From positions 310,001-374,000 of the forward strand of contig OU015569.1 of assembly GCA_907165135.1 (NCBI GenBank): a DNA stretch of 64,000 nucleotides, read 5' to 3'. Below, piece by piece: positions 1-13,947 of this stretch. How positions within the stretch are numbered: position 1 is the stretch's first letter; every line of letters begins with the position of its first letter. The position numbers were made by a program, and so were the translations under genes. The stretch comes from Oikopleura dioica (lineage: Eukaryota > Animalia > Chordata). Under the pieces are notes generated by a model, which had not been told where the DNA came from, searched no databases, and saw only the letters and a program-made list of their open reading frames with translations.

Positions 1-1779
1 GGTAAATCTCCTTCCCTTCACGACTCACAAACTCTCCAAGGCGTCTTTTCACGTCGCTAGAAGTACAGCTATTCATTAAATGGCCGAGCATGGTCTTCGA
101 AACGGGCGTGCGGAGTTCCACGTGATACTCTAGCAGATTTTTGAGACTGGCGCGCTCGGGAAACCAGCTTGGTCTCTTTCCCCCTTTTGCGAAGACAGCA
201 ACGTCCGTCCCTCCAAATGCCTTCATCGCCAGCTCCACTTCTTTTGGATCATTTGGCGTGAATAGTGCCACGCAATCGCCGCAATGCAACTCTCGCCCGT
301 TATCACTTCCACAGCGGGTGCTCTCTGGCAAAGAAAGGCTGATTTCCCAGGCTTGTTTTTCCGCTTGAACCGAGGTTAGCCGCTTGCCATTGAGTACCGT
401 GCATTCGTAAATTGGCGACGAAACTGGCTCAAAAGCTGCACCATTTTGAATCTCGGAAAAATTTCTAGGAGGAGAATAGGTTTCCTGAGAATCGTCGGTA
501 GCTATTTCAAACGCTGGTTCTGGCATTTTCGGTATTTTCAAGGCGGTTGAAGCGGCGACATGATCGCTTCTACGAATCAGCTCAATAACTGCGTCGTACT
601 GAGATGCTTGCTTGGCTTTTTGACTGGTGCTCGAGAGGGGATGGAAAACTGGCTCGACACTTTGAGTGAGCTCATTGTTAACCCATTTTCTGACGAGACC
701 TTCGATGCCTTCGATGAATTTGTCTGTGGCATCCGCAAAAGCATCGTTGTTCGAATCGTCAGCTTCGACAATCTGATCGACAAGTCTCATGCCAGCGCGG
801 AGCATCGCTTTGAGAAGCCCGTGCGGTCCGTCCATAAACGTCGTGTAGTTCGAATCGCCAAGGCAGAGCATGCAGAAGTCAGTTTGATGCAGCTTCTCTA
901 CTTTTTCGATTTTCGAAAGAAACTGGGCACCATTCGGAGGGAGCTCTCCTTGCCCAGTCGAGGACGCAATGACGACCAGAAGAGTCGGTATCGTTTCGCT
1001 GATCACGCTTTCTGTTAGAGAATGTTAGTAAGATGAATTACCATAAGAATTTTTTGTCCGAAAAAAAAATTTTTCAGATAAGAACATATTCTGAAAGCCC
1101 AAGTAAAAATTAGTCGATTCCCAAATTTCTAGGGCTCAATGACGACATTATGACGTCATTTATAATGAATAAATGTCCGAAAAGGCTCCAAATTAATGAA
1201 ACTTTGGAACGCTTTTTGAGGCGGTTTTCGCTGGAAATAGATTTTTCTATTGATGGCATGTTGTTCGCCATCAAAAACTACGTAGGGACCCGAGGCTTAT
1301 TTTTCGAACCGACCGGTTTCAAAAATTGAACCGGTCGGTAATGGTTGATATTCAATGGTTTGATCCCGGGTTCCTACGTAGTTTTTCATGGAAAATCCGA
1401 ATCCGTCGAGAAAAATAAAATTAAAAAGCGTTTTCGGCTCGAAAAAGCGTTCCAAAGACAAAATTTTCAAATCAGCCCGATGACGTCATAATGACGTCAT
1501 CTGACCCTAGAATTTGGTCATTCTGTATAAATTTTTACGGGCTATCGGAATATACCAATATCTCAAAAAAAATTTTTTTGCCCGAAAAATTCTTATGGTA
1601 ATTCATCGTAAAGTCATTTTAGAGAAAAAAGAGTTACCCGCGAGATTATTGAGTTCATCCGGCAAAACAAGGTCCACAGAATCATCAACGGCTTCCGAGG
1701 CCAACGCGTAGACTTCCTCCGCCATGGCTGCTCCTGTGCCTCCCTTGGAAGCGAAGCCGAAGAGTATTCTTTTCTCCAT
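1..1779 (-). CDS. MTRR: Methionine synthase reductase-like diflavin reductase (5' part; runs off the window). Exon 1 1779-1638, exon 2 from 1011
   Basis: Manual minus-strand translation gives a flavodoxin domain (ILFGFASKGGTGAAMAEEV...VVIASSTGQGELPPNGAQF...FCMLCLGDSNYTTF) followed by the start of the FAD-binding domain (GDCVALFTPNDPKEVE). GT-AG intron 1637-1012 restores the frame. Confidence 0.75.
1032..1607. mobile_element. Non-autonomous foldback/MITE in MTRR intron 1
   Basis: Perfect 23-bp TIR GATGAATTACCATAAGAATTTTT, long imperfect sub-terminal and internal inverted repeats, GTAA direct repeat on both sides (1028-1031, 1608-1611). Confidence 0.8.
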
Positions 1780-1911
1780 TCTTAGGGGAAGCATAAGGAA
1801 GTGAAATAAGTTTTTGGATAAATTGTATTTGATTGAATGAAGAAATTGCAGTAGATTGCTATCAGAATAAGAAGACGCGTAAGAAAAATAAAAAAAGGAC
1901 GGAAGAACTTT

Positions 1912-3213
1912 TCAGCATGCGGCTGGAGTGGTCAGATCGAAGCGATAAAGGCAGGTAGAGGGTTCACTGACGTAGGAGATTTCATCCGCCACGCCGCAGA
2001 CAAAATTGACTTCCACCGATCTGGAGATTCCGCTGGGGCAGCCGTCTCCCTTTCCGTTCGGCATCAGTAGCTAAAAATTGATAGAACACTTGATCGTTTT
2101 CGAAGTGATGTTATTTACCTTTGGCGAGTTTGGATCAGAAAGGTTGAGGACACCGCCTTTTCCTAAAGTGAGCGGATTTGCCTTCATTCCGTCGTCCTGG
2201 CTTGCTTCAGAGTAAGGACACAGTTTGTACACATAAGAGGGACTTCGGTACGTCAGGCAGATTTGGGAGAGTTTGTAGAACTCGCCATTTGGACCGTAGT
2301 TTGCTTTTTCTACGTTCTCCAAGTGCTCAGCAGCTTTTACATATTCTTCCTAAACGGGGCCTTTATAATGATCGAAAAAGCAGCGAAACGAACCTTTAGC
2401 TCTTTTCCTTGTGCAATAACATCTAGTCTGGCAGATTCTTGAAGCTCATAATCGTAACACACATCAGAACAGGGAGTGAAGCGAACGTTTTCGCCCTGTC
2501 TCGGAAGCTTGTTTTCTTCCGACAATTCTAGCCCCTTCCACTCGTCAGAACCATCGCAGCAGTCACACACCCCATCGTTTACCAATTTCGAGCGGATATA
2601 CCTGAACAACCGAGTTAGAATCAATCGAAATCAACAATTTTCAGCAGATATTTGGACGAACCTGTGTTCTGGCTCGCAGTAAAAGTGGTAATCACACGCT
2701 GAAGTACCCGGCTCGTCACTGCCATCTTCGCAGTCGCAATTGTTGTCATTGACCTAGAGCACCAAATAAGTTACAGAAAAACGAAAAAATGAGCTCTTTA
2801 CTTTTTCGAATTTCACGGTCTGTTTTCCATCGAGACACAAGAAATTGGCATCTTTATCCGGTAGATAGCGTTTGCGATCTTCCTTTCTCACGCCAACGAG
2901 GAGGGTGCCGTTGACTTTGATGGGCACTTCTTGCTCGAGTTTGTGATGGAACTTTGGATGCAGATTGCGCTGTTGGCCGCCACCGTACTTGTTTCGCTCG
3001 TGATAGGCGTGCCCTGCATGGCCAGCTTGTTGCGCTTGCATGTGCCGGTGCAAATTGGCCTTGGAAAAGCGTTAAATCGGAAAAATGAAAGATGAACACC
3101 TGAAAGGATAGAAACATTAGGGCCATGATGACGAGCGTGAGGAGATTGTTCTGAGGAGGTCTCCTCTCCTCGAACACAAATTCGCCATTTCGATGTCTAC
3201 GTATTACCAGCAT
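1912..3213 (-). CDS. Glucosidase II beta/PRKCSH-like protein (LDLa-like Cys region plus C-terminal MRH domain), N-terminal signal anchor, no HDEL
   Basis: FLCLDGKQTVKFEKVNDNNCDCEDGSDEPGTSAC; KLVNDGVCDCCDGSDEW; YGPNGEFYKL...YVYKLCPY; GCPSGISRSVEVNFVCGVADEISYVSEPSTCLYRFDLTTPAAC-stop. Joined across GT-AG introns. Confidence 0.8.
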
Positions 3214-3355
3214 CGACAAGCTTACAACATAGAAAATTGAAAATGCTGAAAAATCTGAAAACAACCATGTTTTTTTTTCGATTTTTTATAAAAATATATT
3301 TTTTTCTCGAAGGTGAGTGTACACTGTATAAAAATAAAGAAAAGGATTGGGGAAA

Positions 3356-4609
3356 CTACTGTTCTTGGAAGGCGGAAAAGTGCTCGCGCGCGAAGGCATA
3401 AATGTCTTCTGGCTTTTCGGTGATGACTGCGGTGTAGAAGTCGCGCACGACACTGACGATTTGCGGATTCTCCGTCAGGTATTGCTGGTTCTGCCGAAGG
3501 ATCGCCGCTGCTTTCTGAAAGCAACTACTTTCCTGAAGAGAAGAACTCGAACTTACTTGTCTGTACTCTGATCTGAGCATGATATCGTCTCTCCAGAAGA
3601 TTCGCTTCTCCGGAAACTCCGGCACCTTGTCCTCCTTATCCTGCACCAGCGTTGGCACTTCGGATACCTTCGCCTGGAGCTCTCCCTGGTCCGTCTCTCG
3701 CACGCAAATGTGCCCGTCCTCGAAGAGCCACAATCTATAAGACTAAATTTATCGTCACAACTTTACAAGGCGCGCTGTCTTACATTCTTTCCATAAGCGG
3801 TTTGTGTCGATCTTCGGATGCCGACAACCTCGACTTCCTTTTCGTTGATCTTCTGCTTTCCGTGGCCCAACGATGACAGGGACGATAACGAGATGAGTTT
3901 TGCATCCACATCTGAAAATGAATCCCTGCATTTTTTGATAAAGATGCCTCGTTCTTACCTAAATACGGCAGCTCGATTTCATAAACGCCGACTTTCGGCA
4001 ACAGTCTCTGTAAAACGACGCAGGCGCCCTCGGACAAGATGTGCTGCCACTTCTCGACGTTGACGAACATTTCCGACTTCTGCTCAGTTTCGCTGTCGAA
4101 GAAATACGTCGTCTGAGTGACCTTGTATCCCTTCCCCGTCAAGTAGTTGATCTCTGTCGTTTTCTCGAACTGGAGGGTTTCTTCGATGCGTTTTTCGTAA
4201 CGCAGCTCCAGCTTCGCCGTCAAATTACAAAGCAGTTGCTGGCGGCTTTCCATCCCCGCTGCCTCAATGTTCGTCTCCGCCTCGATTTGGATGATGTTGT
4301 CTTCCACCCGCAGGTCGACGCTGATCCCGACCGTGCCCACCGCTTCCCCTTTCGAGTAAACATTAAGATGCTCTTCGAAATCGATTGTGTGAATGTCGTT
4401 GGGCTGCAGCTCCGCCAAGAATCGATGAAATTCCTAAATAGCCAATTTTTTAATTTGAAATAAAATAAGAGTATTTTCCGATTCCATCTACCATTTCTCA
4501 TCTCTCTCACCTCATTTGGCTCAGCTTTGACGTACTTTATCTCCTTGGAGTGTGGAGTCGTTATTCGCCGAACATATTGCAGATCGTTCGGATCCTGCTG
4601 GCGAAACAT
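3356..4609 (-). CDS. CATIP: Ciliogenesis-associated TTC17-interacting protein-like
   Basis: C-terminus RDDIMLRSEY...YLTENPQIVSVVRDFYTAVITEKPEDIYAFAREHF matches the CATIP/RIIa-like tail. ATG is preceded by ttttcag-g. Confidence 0.7.
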
Positions 4610-4768
4610 CCTGAAAAGAAAGAAACGCTTGAATAAGTTATCATTTGTTGGGTTCTTTAAATGGAGCAAAGTGGCAGTGAAAATAAATTTTCTAACTCAG
4701 TGCCATAAATGACAGGATTATACTAAATGTGTAGCTCAAAAAAATAAAAATATCTCTTTCAATTTTCA

Positions 4769-8479
<3,711 letters not shown>

Positions 8480-8789
8480 CTAAACAGCAACCCTCAACAC
8501 CAAAATTCAACTTTCCAAAAAAATCATTTTTTCTCGGAAAATAATAAAACATGTGAAGCTTTGTTTATTGAACTTCGTGGCAGTAATCTTAATCTTTTAG
8601 GACAGTGAATGAATCTACTAGGAGTAAAAGTGAATTGAATTGGGAATTTTAGTGATCGCAATTTCGAATTGAAGTTAAATAAGAAAGAGAAGTTCTAGGG
8701 CTGCTCGTAGGATGAAGCTTCGCTGAGATCAGACAACACTCGGCTCCTAAACATTTCGTTATTGAAGTAAGTAATGAAGAAAGTGGGAC

Positions 8790-9399
8790 TCACTCTGTCT
8801 CCGTCTCCGTTGTTGTTTTAGTTTTGGTTTCAGATTCTTCTGGCTCCTCCTCCTCAAACGATGAGCCGCTCAAAATCGCGATGGAGTCGCCATCCTCGCT
8901 ATCAGAATTATCGTCATCGATCACCTCGAACGACTCATCTTCGACGAAGCTTCCATCGAGCTCAATCACGCGCCGCGGGTTGACCCGTTGACTCGCCTGT
9001 TCTGAATCGTTGAAATCAACAAAGAAACAAAGAAAATTGAACTTACTCAAAATAGCATCAATTTCTTCGGGCGAGAGTCTTTGCTGGCGCGTGTCAAGAA
9101 TCGGCGGCAAATTTTTGATCGAGCCAAGTGGGAAGGTGACCTTTGAATGGCAGGAAGGACAGACGATGTTTTCAGCGTACGCTTTTCTTGAAAAATAGAA
9201 AGTGGAAAATACTAATGCGAAACAAAACTTACGTGCAGCAGGCAACGACGCAGGGGAAGCAAAGAATATGGCGACAGGGCATTTCTAGCGGGTGTCTGAA
9301 GTCGCCCTTGCATTTGGAGCATTTGGAGTCCTCGACTCTGGCATTCCCAATCTCCAAGTTTTGCAGCAAGTTGGAGACGTCTCTCAGTTCGGTCACCAT
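8790..9399 (-). CDS. C3HC4 RING-finger protein with acidic C-terminus
   Basis: CSKCKGDFRHPLEMPCRHILCFPC...IVCPSC after removing a GT-AG intron near 9230-9195, then an Asp/Glu/Ser-rich tail. Confidence 0.7.
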
Positions 9400-9645
9400 T
9401 TTCAAAATTTGATTTGAACCAAGAAAACAGAAAAGAGAAAAAAGCAGGGCAAAAAAAGATGCAACTGATGCTATCTAGATCGCCCGATCGAATTTGCCCA
9501 TCTTTGCATTTTCTTTGAATGCATCACTGATCAATCGTCTTTTTTCTTAAAATGCCATCTTTTGTTATTTATAATCGAAAATGGAAGCTATGAACGATGA
9601 TAGTATCAAATAAATAAATTTGAAGGAAAGAACAAATATCTTCGT

Positions 9646-9761
9646 CTTGGCTCAGCAGCCTGTGTAGAAAACCTGAGTCAGGTTTCTGGAAAAGCTTTTC
9701 ATAAAATGTAAGCATCTTTCAGGCCCTGACTCAGGTTTTCTTCACAGGTCGCCGAGCCCAG
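9646..9761. mobile_element. Short MITE, CCTGAGTCAGG family (intergenic copy)
   Basis: Ends CTTGGCTCAGCAGCCTGTGTAGAAAACCTGAGTCAGG ... CCTGACTCAGGTTTTCTTCACAGGTCGCCGAGCCCAG, shared with at least 9 other copies in the window. Confidence 0.85.
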
Positions 9762-10019
9762 TCGATAGTAAGTGAATTCTAAATAAGAATGTGAGTAATA
9801 AAAGTAATACTGTACTAGTTAAATAATGAACTGGATTCTGAAGTGAATTTTCGTTAGTGACGATTTTATTTCTGAAAGTTTTAACTTTCTCCGTGGTTGA
9901 AATTGAGTAGAATTAAAGACTGAGCAAAACCGCGTATTTTTAGTATACGATATACTACAAGTATACCCTTAGTTTTTTCGGAAGCCGCATTTTGGAAGAC
10001 AATGAAGAAGAAGCAACAG

Positions 10020-12990
10020 TTAGAATTTTTGATTTCTCATTCTTGGTTCTTGATTCTCTGATGTTTTTCTTAGTTTTTGACGCGTCATTTTTTGAAGTTT
10101 TTGGTTCCCAGTTCTTGAGAAATAATCCGTGCATCTAGCCAAGTGGAAAAGCGCGCTTTCCGACTTTTGCGATGCGCTCAAAACCGCTTTCAACAGCTTT
10201 TTGCCTAGTTTTAAAACAAAGTTAGTTTGTTCTAGTCTAGAAAGAAAGTGTTGCTTTACCGTGGATTTGCTCAAGATTATCTCCGGAGGAATACAGTGAC
10301 AGTTCGGGAAGGGAGGGCGTGAAGTCGAAGCACGAGAAAACGTCGAATTCGATGAAGCAAGAGGTTTGGAAAGAGAAAGGGTTGAAGAGGAAATCGTGGC
10401 GAACATTTGAGCCCAAGCGGCCAACGCAAGAAATGCTCTGTTTGTTTCAAGGAGTTATTATTCAAAGCGCTGCTGTTATTTTTACCTTTTTCGTTGGGTC
10501 GCTATCGCTCGGGCGGAAGAAGAAGATCAGTGTTTCGATATCGAAAAAGCAGTTGTACTGAGATAGCTCGATTAAATATTGCACAAGTTGTTGCTCCGGA
10601 TGTGAAAACACCCGGCCGCGGATCATTTCGAAGTAATCGCTCGTTTTCGGCGCGCTGGAGACGAGAACGAAGCTCCTCTCCTTCTCCGTTTTCACATTCG
10701 GCGTGATGGAGAGCCGCTTGAGCAGGTTTCTCGCCGCCTCCTTCGCCGGCTGCCTGAGCAAGTTGCGAAGAAGCACGGCGTGCACCAATTGCCCGTCCGT
10801 TAAATCCCGCTCGAGGAGAAAACCCGTCTCGCTACTGCTTGTTCTGCGCCGCAGCTGGGCAGGGATTTCCACCCTTCCGCCATGCTTGGCTTGGTCCACC
10901 GCTTCCGAGAAGATTTTCGCAAGTTGGCGGCACTGCTCGCTGTCTGGGCCCACCTCTTCCGCCCAGACTTTGTAGTTCTTGTCGACCAGGCCGAGTGGGG
11001 ACTCGTAACGAGCAAAAAAGGCGATCAAATCGTCCTTGCTGATGTTTTCTTTTACGGGCGGGGCAATGCGTGAGCAGGGAAGCAAAGGGGCTTCCACTTT
11101 TTTAGGAATGAGGCGACGATCCCAGGAGACGAAATACTCGTCCCCGTCGAGATCGCTTTCGTGGATTTCGTGCGGATGCGGCCGCTCCAGCGACTGATGC
11201 GTTGGAAAAACGATCACGTCGGTCAAATGTTCGAGGGAACGGACACGACGCTGGGTTAATACACGCACATCGCCGGGATAATAAGTCGGGCTCTTCATGA
11301 CGACGATTCTAGTGCCATTCGGCGGGCTGCGGATGATCAGCCGCCTCCTCGATCGCCTCGTTTCGCCGCTCGAAAGAAAGGTCTCATCGTAGTCGGTGTA
11401 CTGGATGAAGCACTCGCCTTTGCGCAGAGTTTGGCCAAAGTCCGCGGCGCCGTAGAGATTCCTCGAGTGTCGCAGAGGAATAGAGAAGGCTGCGGACTCG
11501 GCTTTCTTCGCATCTGCATCTGAAGTGAGCGAGTAGCTTCGTTGGAATATCGACTCGTAGATGCCCTCCACTGCGAGCTTGATGTCCGGAGGAAAGTCGT
11601 CTTCGCAGTCGATGTTTTCCAGCGTTAGTTTTTCCGCTTCTTCTGTTTTCGACGAGAGAGAAAGAAGATCGAACGCGGACGAGATGTTCTGCTGGCTGAA
11701 CTTGACGAGGTCGAAGAATTCGTTTTGAATTTCGAGAAAGGTCGTGTTAGCGATTCCCAGGGCGGATAAAACTAACACAAATTGCCGATTCAAGCGCCCG
11801 TAAACGAATGGTTTCGACTCTCCGCCTCTGCAGATCCCCAGCAGTCTGCCCGTGCGCCCTTGCTTGCGCTCAGTGTACTTTAGGCGGCCCTTGATCGTGG
11901 CGAAATTCCAGTCGAATTTTTTCTGAATCCCTTTTCTCAATGAATTGAAGACTTGAGTTGAACTTGTGCTGTTATGGTTAATACCTGTGATTCGCGGAGA
12001 ACGAGCTCGAGAGAACTGCCATCAAGTGCCGGGTCGTGAACGAGGATGCCTTTGCAGCCCATGAAGCGGATTTGGACGATGGAGGGAACCTGGAAGGGTT
12101 GATGGCAGTATCTGAAAGTGATTCATAAAGAAAACGGCAATAAAACAGAAAATACCTCCGCGCGCAGTGCTTGTTGAGAGTGAACCGCTCGGCCAGACTC
12201 GTTGACATTCGTCCACAACCGTCAGTAAAGTTATAACCGTGGTGTCGAATGTCCTCTTCGATTTTCCATTTGCCGTCTTCGATGAACTCAGCGTGGCGTG
12301 TAGAAGAGAGAAGAAGGCCCAATCTCGCGCCAAACTTGGGCACCGTCTTGATCGCCGCGAACTTGCCAAAGTAGTTCCAAATCAGCGACGGGCAAATGAG
12401 ACAGCGTCGTTGCTGGGTTTTCCGTCTCGTTCGTCGGAGAAAGTCGAGTCTGCCGCTGTCGTACTCGAGCCACCTGCTTGTCCACCACTTGGCGTCGTAG
12501 TTGACCAAAATGCACATCTTGTAGCGGAGCTGGGACGACGAAAAGGCGAAGAATCTGAAGAGACATTCACCCTGCCCGTCGACCTCGCAAAGCACCCCTT
12601 GCTTCAAGACCTTCTCGATGACATCCTTAGGGACTTAAATTATTCCAAACGTTTTTGACAAAATTGCTTACTTTTGCCCTGGCGCTCGTCGAACTCGAGC
12701 TTGACGAAATCGTCGACGTCGAAGTCCCGTGTGAGCGGGCACTCGTGAAAGTCCTCGATCATCGTCTCGCACGTGATCGTGCCAAACTCGTGATCTTGCC
12801 GACTTCTTTCGCACTCCTTCGAAATCTTGAAACACTTGATCTTGTCTTTCTTCTTCCACAATTTCGCCGCGTTCTCTTTCTCGTCCTCCTCGTTGTCCTC
12901 ATCGTTGTTTTCAGCCGGCTCCCAAGTCAACGCCCGTGCCGCTCGGTCCTGTCCTCGATAGAGACAGTCTTGCAAACGACATCTTCCCAT
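10020..12990 (-). CDS. Eukaryote-type (cellular) RNA-dependent RNA polymerase, RDR/RRF/EGO family; 5' and 3' ends approximate
   Basis: All hallmark blocks appear in order: FRFFAFSSSQLR, YFGKFAAIKTVPKFGARLGLLLS, YNFTDGCGRMS, VPSIVQIRFMGCKGIL, KSPTYYPGDVR, DVIVFP...RPHPHEIHES-DLDGD-EYFVSWDRRLIP (DLDGD at 11140-11154), LAKIFSEAVDQAKHG. Short GT-AG introns join these blocks in frame. Confidence 0.93.
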
Positions 12991-13052
12991 AGCAAATTCC
13001 AAACTGGCTCAATCCATTCTAAAGCAACCAAAGTCGGCATTGATTTCAATGG

Positions 13053-13818
13053 TCAGTACCAAATGAATATTATCAGAAAAGCAATCAACATGTCAAGGTA
13101 AATATCGTCAAAGGGCATTACTCCGATGAACTTCTGAAAAATCGCTCTTTCTTCTAACGGACCAAACGATCAGAAAATAGGCTCGCATTCGATCAAAGGA
13201 AGAAAAAACCGCAGGAAACAAGGCCCGCTTTAATGAAAGCGACTGCATGAGAGCCCGAATCTAGAATCAATAGATCGTTCCTTATTATCGCCCTCTACCC
13301 AGACACATCCATTTGGAACTTCAACTTCCCCGACATCTTCCCATCCATCACCTAGATACACGCGCCGCCTCCAGTACGCTACAGTAGGCGATTTAGTAAA
13401 ATAAAAATCAGCTGATCTAGAATTTGCCTCTTTCGCCAGCCAAATGAGTGATTCTTTTCAAAATAGTCTTTCCCTCTTGTTCCGGGTCTTCAGCTACAAT
13501 CACGTCGTTTTTAGAGAGCTTTTCGATTCCAGCGAAAAATGGGCGAATAATGATCAACGAGTTGTGTTCTATAGTGGGCTCCATCGAGTGCCCGTTCACG
13601 AGCAGGAGAAGTCTGCGAAGGGTTAGCGGAAGTAACTCGAATTCTACTTAGACAAAATCAAGAATCGTAGACTTATTTTCCTCTCCCATACTCTTTCCTA
13701 GAATCATTTTAATTTTACGCACTTTCGAAAGTGGAAACGATGCCTTAGCTGCGTAGAAGGAGCACAAACAGCCAGTGTACAAAATTCTTGAGCGATTAGT
13801 GAACTGCCGAAAGACCAT
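13053..13818 (-). CDS. IMMP1L: Mitochondrial inner membrane protease subunit (IMP1/IMP2, peptidase S26); 3' end uncertain
   Basis: VNGHSMEPTI...KNDVIVAEDPEQEGKTILKRITHLAGE; VEVPNGCVWVEGDNKERSIDSR. Catalytic Ser and Lys are present. Confidence 0.75.
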
Positions 13819-13947
13819 TCTTTGGAATCAGAGGCGTTCTTTATTTACATAATAAAATATCAATAATCAGACAAGGCACTTGAGATTTTGGATTTTGGAA
13901 GAGCAAAGGAAGAAGTGTGGCGGAGAAAAAGGGGAACAGATCGGAGG

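Noticed and set aside
10020-12990. RdRP as an endogenous viral element or contaminant
   Set aside because: It is the double-psi-barrel cellular type (DLDGD), not the viral GDD palm type, and it carries host-style short introns between animal genes.
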